The notes beneath the pieces were generated by a model. That model searched no databases. It saw nothing but the letters and a program-made list of their open reading frames with translations, and was not told the origin of the DNA. A DNA stretch of 15,083 nucleotides. Origin: a virus. Its lineage: Duplodnaviria > Heunggongvirae > Uroviricota > Caudoviricetes. Position numbers and translations under genes: made by a program. The stretch lies in the IMG/VR virus record IMGVR_UViG_2571042690_000010, one strand, 5' to 3'. Positions 7,015 through 14,833 of this stretch are shown here, one piece after another. Numbering within the stretch: the stretch's first letter is position 1; each line of letters opens with the position of its first letter.

Positions 7015-8232
7015 ATGAAACTTCATGAGATGAAGCAAAAACGAAACACCATTGCAAAGGATATGCGTGCACTGCATGAAAAAATTGGTGATAACGCATG
7101 GACTGATGAGCAACGGGCAGAGTGGAACAGGGCGAAAGCTGAGCTGGATGCGCTGGATGAGCAAATCGCCCGTGAAGAAGAGTTGCGCCGTCAGGATCAG
7201 GCATATGTGGATGAGTCCGGGCCGGAAGAGCGCCAGAATAATGAGGCGGAGAACGGGAAAAAGGCGGTGGAAGAGAAGCGCGCTGCGGCATTTAACCGTT
7301 TTCTGCGTGCCGGATTTGCAGAACTGAATGCTGAAGAGCGTAATCTGATGCGTGAACTGCGGGCTCAGAGTGTAACAACGGATTCTCAGGGCGGATATAC
7401 GGTGCCCACGCAGATGCGTAACAAAATCATTGACACCATGAAGGCTTATGGCGGGATTGCCAGTGTGGCGCAACTTCTGACCACATCAACCGGGCAGGAT
7501 ATCACCTGGTCAACGTCTGATGGCACGACTGAAGAGGGCGAACTGCTGGCGGAAAATACAGCCGCAACGGAACAGGATGTGACGTTCGGGACCGCTATTC
7601 TGGGGGCTAAAAAGCTGTCATCAAAAATAATTCGTGTGTCCAATGAGCTGCTCCAGGACAGTGGGGTGGATATTGAATCTTATCTGGCAAACCGTATTGC
7701 CCAGCGTATTGGTCGTGGAGAGGCAAAATATCTGGTTCAGGGGACCGGAACGGGATCACCGTTACAGCCAAAAGGGCTGGCAGCGTCGGTGACGGGAACC
7801 ATCCAGACTGTAGCCTCTGCCGCTTTCACCTGGAAAGAAATGAATGCCCTGAAACATGCCATTGATCCGGCATATCGTGGTGGGCCGAAATACCGCTGGG
7901 CATTCAATGATGCCACATTGCAGACTATTGAAGAGATGGAGGATGGACAGAAACGCCCGTTATGGCTGCCGGATATTGCAGGCGGTACGCCGGCTACTGT
8001 GCTGGGGATCCCTTATGTTATTGATCAGGCTATTGACGGGATTGGTACCGGAAAAAAATTCATTTTCCTGGGGGATTTCAACCGCTTTATCATTCGCCGC
8101 GTTACTTATATGGAACTGAAACGTCTGGTTGAGCGTTATGCTGAGTTTGATCAGGTGGCATTTCTGGCTTTCCATCGTTTTGACTGTGTGCTGGAAGATG
8201 TGGCAGCCATCAAGGCGCTCACTGGCAAATAA
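7015..8232 (+). CDS. Major capsid protein, HK97 fold, with N-terminal coiled-coil delta (scaffolding) domain
   Basis: 405-aa ORF. The N-terminal ~100 aa are highly charged and coiled-coil-like (DEQRAEWNRAKAELDALDEQIAREEELRRQDQ), followed by a capsid body. There is no separate scaffold gene between protease and capsid. Confidence 0.9.
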   Translation: MKLHEMKQKRNTIAKDMRALHEKIGDNAWTDEQRAEWNRAKAELDALDEQIAREEELRRQDQAYVDESGPEERQNNEAENGKKAVEEKRAAAFNRFLRAGFAELNAEERNLMRELRAQSVTTDSQGGYTVPTQMRNKIIDTMKAYGGIASVAQLLTTSTGQDITWSTSDGTTEEGELLAENTAATEQDVTFGTAILGAKKLSSKIIRVSNELLQDSGVDIESYLANRIAQRIGRGEAKYLVQGTGTGSPLQPKGLAASVTGTIQTVASAAFTWKEMNALKHAIDPAYRGGPKYRWAFNDATLQTIEEMEDGQKRPLWLPDIAGGTPATVLGIPYVIDQAIDGIGTGKKFIFLGDFNRFIIRRVTYMELKRLVERYAEFDQVAFLAFHRFDCVLEDVAAIKALTGK

Positions 8233-8252
8233 CCACTCGTTGTTCAGTTACA

Positions 8253-8276
8253 GACCGCGCCGACGCGGTTTTTTTA
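8253..8276 (+). terminator. Rho-independent terminator after the major capsid gene
   Basis: ACCGCG-CCGA-CGCGGT stem-loop followed by 7 T, about 20 nt after the capsid stop. Confidence 0.7.
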
Positions 8277-8308
8277 TGCCCGCACAGTGTTGCGGGCAGG
8301 AGTTTCTG

Positions 8309-8626
8309 ATGGCAGCAATAGTGGAAAAACTCAGGGCGCAGTGCCGTATTGATACAGATGATGCAACTGATGATGAGTTACTGATGCTGTATTTCCGGGC
8401 TGCCTGCCGCAAGGCAGAAAATTTTATCAACCGTAAGCTTTATGAGGAGACGGTGCCGGAAGGTGATCCTGAAGGGGTGCTTATAGCTGATGATGTTTTG
8501 CTGGCGCTCATGTTGCTGGTCGGGCACTGGTACGAAAACCGGGAAAATTCCTCAGATGTCAGCAAGGCACCAGTCCCGTTTGGTTTTTCTTCTCTGCTGG
8601 AGCCTTATCGTTTTATTCCTTTGTAG
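8309..8626 (+). CDS. Head-tail connector protein (gp6-like, Phage_connect_1 type)
   Basis: ATG at 8309 with GCAGGAG 6 nt upstream. The product MAAIVEKLRAQCRIDTDDATDDELLMLYFRAACRKAENFI matches the gp6-like pattern LRxxxRID-acidic-L...A. The ORF-track start at 8129 would overlap the capsid gene and the terminator. Confidence 0.8.
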   Translation: MAAIVEKLRAQCRIDTDDATDDELLMLYFRAACRKAENFINRKLYEETVPEGDPEGVLIADDVLLALMLLVGHWYENRENSSDVSKAPVPFGFSSLLEPYRFIPL

Positions 8627-8634
8627 GAGGAGAC

Positions 8635-8973
8635 ATGCAGGCGGGCAGATTACGTGATCGCGTAATTATTCTGAATGTCACCACCGCCCGCTCTCCGTCA
8701 GGGCATCCGGTGGAGACGGTGACGGAGGGAGCTACCGTATGGGCAGAAGTTAAGGGTATCAGCGGGAGGGAGATAATCTCAGGCGGAGCAGAAACCGCTC
8801 AGGCTACGGTCAGAGTCTGGATGAGATTCCGGCGCGATGTGACAGCGACTTCACGTCTGAAAGTGCTGACCGGTGCATTTAAAGGGGCCATTCTGGGTAT
8901 AGAAGGTCCACCAATACCGGATGCACGCGCTACCCGGCTTGAAATACTCTGCAGCCTGAAGGGGAATGTGTGA
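8635..8973 (+). CDS. Head-tail adaptor / head closure protein (SPP1 gp16-like)
   Basis: 112-aa ORF with an excellent Shine-Dalgarno (AGGAGGAG). The pattern GRLRDRV...VWAEVKGISGREI...RVWMRFRRDV is typical of this family. Confidence 0.8.
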   Translation: MQAGRLRDRVIILNVTTARSPSGHPVETVTEGATVWAEVKGISGREIISGGAETAQATVRVWMRFRRDVTATSRLKVLTGAFKGAILGIEGPPIPDARATRLEILCSLKGNV

Positions 8974-9419
8974 TGGATTTCAGTCTTGATTTTTCCGGCC
9001 TGGCGGATATTGCACGGGATTTGGAGACGCTCAGCAGGGCAGAAAACAATAAGGTTCTGCGCGATGCCACCCGTGCCGGTGCTGAAGTTATGCGGGATGC
9101 AGTTGTTGAACGTGCGCCGGAGCGAACCGGGAAACTGAAGAAAAATGTGGTTGTTCTCACTCAGCGTTCAAAGCGTCGGGGGGAAATTATCTCGGGTGTC
9201 CACATTCGCGGACGGAACCTGCGAACCGGAAACAGTGATAACAGCATGAAAGCCAGCGATCCCCGAAATGCATTTTACTGGCGCTTTGTGGAGCTGGGAA
9301 CGATAAACATGCCCGCGCATCCATTCATTCGCCCGGCTTTCGATACGACAGAGGAACTGGCAGCACGGATTGCCATACAGCGAATGAATCAGGCTATTGA
9401 TGAGGTCTTAAGTAAATGA
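8973..9419 (+). CDS. HK97 gp10-family protein (tail completion / neck)
   Basis: ATG at 8973 overlaps the upstream stop (TGATG); a GTG at 8970 is also possible. About 148 aa, in the conserved position; family assignment from gene order and general sequence character. Confidence 0.7.
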   Translation: MDFSLDFSGLADIARDLETLSRAENNKVLRDATRAGAEVMRDAVVERAPERTGKLKKNVVVLTQRSKRRGEIISGVHIRGRNLRTGNSDNSMKASDPRNAFYWRFVELGTINMPAHPFIRPAFDTTEELAARIAIQRMNQAIDEVLSK

Positions 9420-9760
9420 GAGAGGCCACACTGTATTCCCTGTTGTCTCAGCTGGCCGGAGGACAGGTTTATCCTTATGTGGTCCCACTGACGGAGGGAA
9501 AGCCTGCGGTATCTCCGCCGTGGCTGGTGTTTTCTGTGGTGTCTGACACGGCATCTGATGTGCTTGATGGGCAGGCTGAATCCAGAATTACCGTGCAGAT
9601 CGATGTCTGGGCGACAGTACCTGATGACGCAGATAATATTCGTGAGCAGGCGCTTGATGCGGTAAGAAAACTGGCACCCTCCGTTATTTCTAAAACGCAG
9701 GGTTATGATCCTGACTCCCGTCTGAGCAGAGCCACGCTTGAATTTCAGGTAATAGCCTGA
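9416..9760 (+). CDS. Tail-component protein (probable tail terminator/completion protein, lambda gpU position)
   Basis: 114-aa ORF whose ATG overlaps the upstream stop; the last gene before the major tail protein. Called from gene order; the specific family is not certain. Confidence 0.6.
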   Translation: MREATLYSLLSQLAGGQVYPYVVPLTEGKPAVSPPWLVFSVVSDTASDVLDGQAESRITVQIDVWATVPDDADNIREQALDAVRKLAPSVISKTQGYDPDSRLSRATLEFQVIA

Positions 9761-9780
9761 GGTCATTAATGATTTTACCC

Positions 9781-9803
9781 ACCCGCCGCTGGCGGGTTTT
9801 TTT
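9781..9803 (+). terminator. Rho-independent terminator upstream of the major tail gene
   Basis: ACCCGCC-GCT-GGCGGGT stem followed by 7 T, then ATTTT, then the Shine-Dalgarno and start of the major tail gene. Confidence 0.7.
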
Positions 9804-9820
9804 ATTTTCAGGAGACGAGT

Positions 9821-10525
9821 ATGTCCTCTAATTTTGAGCGTTCGCAACTGACGAAAATTATGATTTCGTCTGCACCGGTAACAGCAGAAACCCTGGATTC
9901 TGCCAGCTATCTTGGCCTGAGCTGTACAATCAAAGAGGTGCAGTTTACCGCAGGACAAAAGCAGGATATTGATGTCACCACGCTGTGTTCTGTTGAGCAG
10001 GAAAATATTAACGGTCTTGGTGCCGCGTCAGAGATTTCCATGTCAGGCAACTTTTATCTGAATGCTGCCCAGAACGCGTTGCGCAGTGCCTATGACAATG
10101 ACACCACGTATGGCTTTAAAGTTATTTTTCCGTCAGGCAACGGATTTACCTTTATGGCAGAGGTGCGTCAGCATACCTGGTCTGCAGGAACCAATGGTGT
10201 TGTGGCTGCAACGTTTTCCTTGCGCCTGAAAGGTAAACCTGTGCTGACGACAGAGCCGCTGAAAGTGAAGGCCGATTTAAAAAGCACGCTGCGGGTTGCT
10301 TCCGGAGCGAAACTTGAAATGGCGGTTGAGGCTGCGGGTGGTGTGCCGCCTTATTCTTATGTCTGGAAGAAAGGTGGTTCTCCTGTTTCCGGACAGACGG
10401 CGGCAACGTTCAGTAAGGCATCGGCAGTATCCGGTGATGCGGGTGCATATACCTGCGAGATTTCTGATTCAGCAAGCCCGGTTAACAAAGTGACCTCCAC
10501 TTCCTGCACTGTAACCGTCAGTTAA
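9821..10525 (+). CDS. Major tail (tube) protein with C-terminal Ig-like domain
   Basis: 234-aa ORF with Shine-Dalgarno AGGAGACGAGT. The C-terminal ~95 aa (PPYSYVWKKGGSPVSGQTAATFSKASAVSGDAGAYTCEISDSASP) show the Y-x-C Ig-like signature, as on lambda gpV and other tube proteins. Confidence 0.8.
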   Translation: MSSNFERSQLTKIMISSAPVTAETLDSASYLGLSCTIKEVQFTAGQKQDIDVTTLCSVEQENINGLGAASEISMSGNFYLNAAQNALRSAYDNDTTYGFKVIFPSGNGFTFMAEVRQHTWSAGTNGVVAATFSLRLKGKPVLTTEPLKVKADLKSTLRVASGAKLEMAVEAAGGVPPYSYVWKKGGSPVSGQTAATFSKASAVSGDAGAYTCEISDSASPVNKVTSTSCTVTVS

Positions 10526-10539
10526 TGAGGATGGATGTG

Positions 10540-10911
10540 ATGACTAAAAATATCCGTAATCTGGCACTGGCAACGATGTCGGGGTTTCGCCATAAAACCG
10601 TTGATGTGCCTGAATGGGAGGGAGCAACGGTTGTGTTACGGGAACCTTCTGCAGAAGCCTGGTTGCGCTGGCAGGAGATCGTTAAAGCAAAAGATGATGA
10701 GACACCGTTATCCGTTGCGGAGCGCGCCCGCCGAAATCTGGAGGCAGATGTTGAACTGTTCATTGATGTTCTGTGTGATACCGGACTGCAACCCGTATTT
10801 TCAGAGGATGATCGTGAACAGGTGATTGCCGTGTATGGCCCGGTGCATGCGCGGCTTCTTCGGCAGTCTCTGGAACTGATCAGTGATGCCGGCGAGGTTA
10901 AAAAAAAGTAG
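10540..10911 (+). CDS. Tail assembly chaperone (lambda G analogue); zero-frame product ending at the slippery site
   Basis: ATG at 10540 is preceded by GAGGA with an 8-nt spacer; the ATG at 10525 overlapping the tail-gene stop is an alternative. The product ends GEVKKK at the A8G tract. Confidence 0.75.
   Translation: MTKNIRNLALATMSGFRHKTVDVPEWEGATVVLREPSAEAWLRWQEIVKAKDDETPLSVAERARRNLEADVELFIDVLCDTGLQPVFSEDDREQVIAVYGPVHARLLRQSLELISDAGEVKKK
10902..10908 (+). promoter_or_regulatory. Programmed -1 ribosomal frameshift slippery heptamer A_AAA_AAG
   Basis: An A8G run sits at the last two Lys codons of the chaperone ORF. The downstream ORF is in the -1 frame (start coordinate mod 3 is 1 for the chaperone, 0 for the extension) and has no Shine-Dalgarno of its own. 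Confidence 0.8.
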
Positions 10912-11213
10912 CGCTTCCGGGGATGCGTTTTCTGATGATGCTGGCGCTCAGGATGGGGCGCACATTGTCAGAGTTACGCCGGGAAATGTCCGCATCAGAA
11001 ATCATGATGTGGGCAGAATTTGACAGGTTCAGCCCGCTGGGGGACGAACGGGCTGATATCCGGGCTGCCCAGATTGTTTCAGCTGTTTACGGTGCGCAGG
11101 GGGTCAAAGTGCCACTGAATGATGCGCTTCTTCAGTGGGAGACGGAGCAGACAGAAGGCGTATCAGATCCATTTGCCGGACTGGAAAACGCGCTTTTAAT
11201 AGTGTCTCAGTGA
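10908..11213 (+). CDS. Tail assembly protein T-like extension, expressed as a G-T fusion by -1 frameshift
   Basis: The -1 frame is open from 10908 (GTA) through 11213. The ORF-track ATG at 10923 has no ribosome-binding site. The product ...LSELRREMSASEIMMWAEFDRFSPLGDERADIRAAQI resembles the T domain of enterobacterial prophages. Confidence 0.7.
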   Translation, partial: VALPGMRFLMMLALRMGRTLSELRREMSASEIMMWAEFDRFSPLGDERADIRAAQIVSAVYGAQGVKVPLNDALLQWETEQTEGVSDPFAGLENALLIVSQ

Positions 11214-11221
11214 GTCAACAT

Positions 11222-11243
11222 AACCGCTTCGGCGGTTTTTTTT
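11222..11243 (+). terminator. Rho-independent terminator (UUCG tetraloop) before the tape measure gene
   Basis: AACCGC-TTCG-GCGGTT stem followed by 8 T. Confidence 0.65.
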
Positions 11244-11253
11244 CGTCCGGAGA

Positions 11254-14200
11254 ATGAGTGTGGCGACATTACGTGAACTGATTATTAAAATCTCGGCAAA
11301 TTCCCGGTCATTCCAGTCAGAGATCTCCCGGGCTTCGCGTATGGGGCAGGATTACTACCGTACCATGCAGAACGGAGGCCGGCAGTCCGCTGCTGCATCC
11401 CGTGAAATGCGGCGTGCACTGGCAGAAGTGACGGATCAGATAAATACAGCTAAATCTTCGGCACTGAATATGGCGGGGGCATTTGCCGGGGCTTTTGCTA
11501 CCGGTCATCTTATTTCTTTCGCCGATGAGTGGAATTCAGTAAATGCCCGTCTGAAGCAGGCCTCACAGTCCAGTGATGATTTTCAGGCATCACAGCGTGA
11601 ATTAATGGCGATCAGCCAGAGAACGGGGACGGCGTTTTCTGATAACGCCAGCCTTTTTGCCCGTTCTGCAGCTTCCATGCGGGAGTATGGTTACAGTTCT
11701 GAGGAGGTACTGAAAGTCACCGAGGCGATCTCCACGGGCCTGAAATTATCCGGTGCCAGTACAGCAGAAGCCAGTTCGGTGATCACGCAGTTCAGTCAGG
11801 CACTGGCGCAGGGAGTGCTGCGCGGTGAAGAGTTTAACTCGGTGAATGAGAACGGCGATCGTGTTATTCGTGCGCTGGCTGCGGGAGTGGGGGTTGCCCG
11901 TAAGGATCTGAAGGCCATGGCGGATAACGGAAAGTTGACCGCCGATAAGGTTGTTCCTGCACTGATTAGTCAGCTTGGGGCATTACGTGATGAATATGCG
12001 GCAATGCCTGATACGGTTTCATCCTCTGCAACCAAAGTTGAAAACGCCTTTATGGCCTGGGTTGGTGGTGCGAACGAGGCAAGCGGAGTGACGAAGACGC
12101 TCTCCGGTGTGCTGAATGGTATTGCAGGCAATATTGACACTGTGGCAACCGCTGCCGGTGCTCTGGTTGCCGTCGGGGTAGCCCGATATTTTGGCAATAT
12201 GGCGTCTTCTGCTGGATCTGCAACTGCCGGATTAATTACTGCAGCCAGAAACGAAGTGGCTCTTGCGGAAGCGCAGCTCCGGGGGACACAGATAGCAACA
12301 GCCAGGGCGCGTGCGGCGGTTTATCGTGCGCAACAGGCGGTTGTTGCTGCTCGCGGTACCGAAAGGCAGGCAGCCGCAGAAGCGAAACTGGCTGCTGCCC
12401 AGGCATCACTTACCCGTAATATTGCGGCCAGAACAGCAGCACAGACAACGCTGAATACTGTCACGTCAGTGGGAAGTCGTCTGTTAAGTGGAGCACTGGG
12501 ACTGGTTGGTGGGGTGCCGGGGCTTGTCATGCTGGGGGCCGCGGCCTGGTACACGATGTATCAGAATCAGGAGCAGGCCAGAGAATCTGCACGCCAGTAT
12601 GCCGCAAAAATCGACGAAATTCGCCAGAAAACGTCGGCAATGTCGCTTCCTGAAGCGTCAGATAATGAGGAAAAGACGCGGCAGGCACTTGATGAGCAAA
12701 ACAGGTTAATTGACGAGCAGAAAAGTAAGATTAAATCCTTACAGGAAAAAATTGCTGGCTATCAGTATGTGCTGGCAAACCCGGGCTGGACAACCGATAA
12801 CGGTTTTATGATTAACCACATGACGTCGGTAAAAACAGTCACAGAAGGGCTTGCAGAAGCAACAAATCAACTGGCAGTTGAACAGTCCCGTCTCACACAA
12901 ATGCAGGGCAAAGCGCAATCCATTCAGGATGTGCTTGCCGGGCTGGAGGAGCGGCGGGTTGCGTTGATCCGTCAACAGGCGGCGGAACAAAACAAAGCGT
13001 ATCAGTCCCTGTTGATCATGAATGGGCAGCATACCGAGTTTAATCGCCTTCTTGGGCTTGGTAATGAATTACTTCAGCAGCGACAGGGGCTGGTGAATGT
13101 ACCGTTACGGCTACCACAGGCAACCCTGGATGATAAACAGCAGACCGCACTGAATAACAGCAAGCGCGAACTGGCTCTGTCCCGCCTTAAGGGGGAAGCG
13201 CGTGAGCGTGCCCGACTGGGCTATGCTGCGGATGATCTCGGCTTTGTGGGAGAGGCGTATCAGACAGCCAGACAGAATTATATCAATAACTCACTGGATG
13301 CCTGGCGAAATAACCAGGCAAATAAACCCAAAGCGCATAAAAAGACCGAAGCGGAAAAAACAGAAGATATTTATAAACGGCTGATTAAACAGCAAAAAGA
13401 ACAGATAGCACTGGCAGGGCAGAATACTGAACTGGCTAAGATGAAATATCAGGTCAGTCAGGGCGAATTATCAACCCTGTCAGAAGCGCAGAAAAAAACG
13501 CTTTTGCAGAATGCAGCACTCATCGACCAGAAAAAGATTCGTGAGCAGCTTGCTGCGTATGAAAGCAGCCTGGCGGACAGTAATGCCAGTACCCGGGCGT
13601 CTAACGACGCGCAGTTACTGGGATATGGTGAAGGCTCACGGATGCGTGAACGACTCCAGGAAATGTGGAGTATCCGGCATGAGTTTGAGCAGAAAAATAA
13701 CGAGCTGCTGAGACAGTATCAGGCCGGAGAAATTGAAGAAGCCCTGTGGAAACAGGAGAAAGAACTGAATAAAAAATATCTGGAAGAGCGTCTCAGCGAT
13801 CAGCAGGATTATTATGCAAAGGCCGATGCTTTACGTAATAACTGGAATGCAGGACTCCAGGAGGGGCTGACCAACTGGGCAGACAGTGCCACCGATTATG
13901 CTTCGCAGGCGGCAGATGCTGTCGTTTCCACTATGGACGGGCTGGTATCAAATATTTCCGATGCGCTGGCCGGAAATGTTGTGGACTGGAGAAACTGGGG
14001 GAGTTCAATTCTCCAGGAAGTTTCAAAAATTCTGATGAATGCGGCCATTGTTAACGGACTGAAGTCACTCTCCGGTGCCGGAGGGTGGCTTGGTACGGTC
14101 GGCGGATGGATTTCGGGGGCGGTGGCAAACGCAAAAGGTGGTGTTTACACATCGGCAAATCTGAGTGCTTACAGTAACACTATTGTGGATACACCGACGT

Positions 14201-14487
14201 ATTTTGCTTTTGCGAAAGGTGCCGGGCTGATGGGCGAGGCCGGGCCTGAAGCTATCATGCCACTGACACGGGCAGCGGACGGCTCTCTTGGGGTCAGAGC
14301 CATTGGCAATGTGAATAGTGGCGGGGGGGTTGTTTATTCTCCCGTGTATCACATCAGCATTCAGAATCAAGGGAGCAATGGCGAGATAGATGCGCGCTCA
14401 GCCAGGGGACTGGTGGATCTGATCGACAGCAGGGTTGTGTCAATTATGCAGTCATCGCGTCGGGATGGAGGATTGTACAGTGCCTGA
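11254..14487 (+). CDS. Tail tape measure protein
   Basis: 1077-aa ORF, Ala/Gln-rich with extended coiled-coil character and a Gly-rich C-terminal region, directly downstream of the G/GT pair. The start is ATG 11254 or GTG 11258; the latter has better spacing to GGAG. Confidence 0.9.
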   Translation: MSVATLRELIIKISANSRSFQSEISRASRMGQDYYRTMQNGGRQSAAASREMRRALAEVTDQINTAKSSALNMAGAFAGAFATGHLISFADEWNSVNARLKQASQSSDDFQASQRELMAISQRTGTAFSDNASLFARSAASMREYGYSSEEVLKVTEAISTGLKLSGASTAEASSVITQFSQALAQGVLRGEEFNSVNENGDRVIRALAAGVGVARKDLKAMADNGKLTADKVVPALISQLGALRDEYAAMPDTVSSSATKVENAFMAWVGGANEASGVTKTLSGVLNGIAGNIDTVATAAGALVAVGVARYFGNMASSAGSATAGLITAARNEVALAEAQLRGTQIATARARAAVYRAQQAVVAARGTERQAAAEAKLAAAQASLTRNIAARTAAQTTLNTVTSVGSRLLSGALGLVGGVPGLVMLGAAAWYTMYQNQEQARESARQYAAKIDEIRQKTSAMSLPEASDNEEKTRQALDEQNRLIDEQKSKIKSLQEKIAGYQYVLANPGWTTDNGFMINHMTSVKTVTEGLAEATNQLAVEQSRLTQMQGKAQSIQDVLAGLEERRVALIRQQAAEQNKAYQSLLIMNGQHTEFNRLLGLGNELLQQRQGLVNVPLRLPQATLDDKQQTALNNSKRELALSRLKGEARERARLGYAADDLGFVGEAYQTARQNYINNSLDAWRNNQANKPKAHKKTEAEKTEDIYKRLIKQQKEQIALAGQNTELAKMKYQVSQGELSTLSEAQKKTLLQNAALIDQKKIREQLAAYESSLADSNASTRASNDAQLLGYGEGSRMRERLQEMWSIRHEFEQKNNELLRQYQAGEIEEALWKQEKELNKKYLEERLSDQQDYYAKADALRNNWNAGLQEGLTNWADSATDYASQAADAVVSTMDGLVSNISDALAGNVVDWRNWGSSILQEVSKILMNAAIVNGLKSLSGAGGWLGTVGGWISGAVANAKGGVYTSANLSAYSNTIVDTPTYFAFAKGAGLMGEAGPEAIMPLTRAADGSLGVRAIGNVNSGGGVVYSPVYHISIQNQGSNGEIDARSARGLVDLIDSRVVSIMQSSRRDGGLYSA

Positions 14488-14821
14488 GCCTGAAGTTTTT
14501 AACTGGATCCCCCGTGAGGGGATGGAGACGACACGAAAGCCATCAGTTATTACGGTAAAGTTTGGTGACGGATATGAACAGAGACGGGCTGGTGGTCTGA
14601 ATGCGGATCTGAAAACGTTTAAACCGGTATTTCGTGTCACAGATGAATATTCCCGTGCCGCGCTGGACAGTTTTTTATCCCGTCATGCCGGGATTCGTGC
14701 TTTTTTGTGGCGTCCGCCAAAACACAACAGGACTGTCCGGGTTGTCTGCAGGGAGTGGAGCATTTCGGATAATGCCATGTATACCGATTTTAACTGTACC
14801 TTTGAAGAGGTCACTCACTGA
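14480..14821 (+). CDS. Minor tail protein, lambda M-like
   Basis: GTG at 14480 with GGAGGA 7 nt upstream gives 113 aa, comparable to lambda M (109 aa). It shares VxFGDGYxQRxxxGLNAxLKT and FLWxPP motifs with lambda M as I recall it. The ORF-track start at 14435 lies deep inside the tape measure gene. Confidence 0.85.
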   Translation: MPEPEVFNWIPREGMETTRKPSVITVKFGDGYEQRRAGGLNADLKTFKPVFRVTDEYSRAALDSFLSRHAGIRAFLWRPPKHNRTVRVVCREWSISDNAMYTDFNCTFEEVTH

Positions 14822-14833
14822 TGCAGGATATAC
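14821..14833 (+). pseudogene. Truncated 5' end of a lambda L-like minor tail gene, interrupted by an insertion sequence
   Basis: ATG overlapping the M-like stop (TGATG) encodes MQDI, the same opening as lambda L. The reading frame then enters IS-like sequence and stops after 27 codons. Confidence 0.55.

Noticed and set aside
7052-7327. 91-aa Arg/Lys-rich + strand ORF in an alternate frame of the capsid delta-domain region
   Set aside because: Frame-shifted reading of the GAA/GAG/CGT-rich coiled-coil segment gives a basic low-complexity product. No Shine-Dalgarno.
9389-9958. 189-aa Arg/Cys-rich minus-strand ORF spanning the tail-completion gene and the start of the major tail gene
   Set aside because: It crosses an intrinsic terminator and two co-directional genes on the other strand. 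Low-complexity product, no ribosome-binding site.
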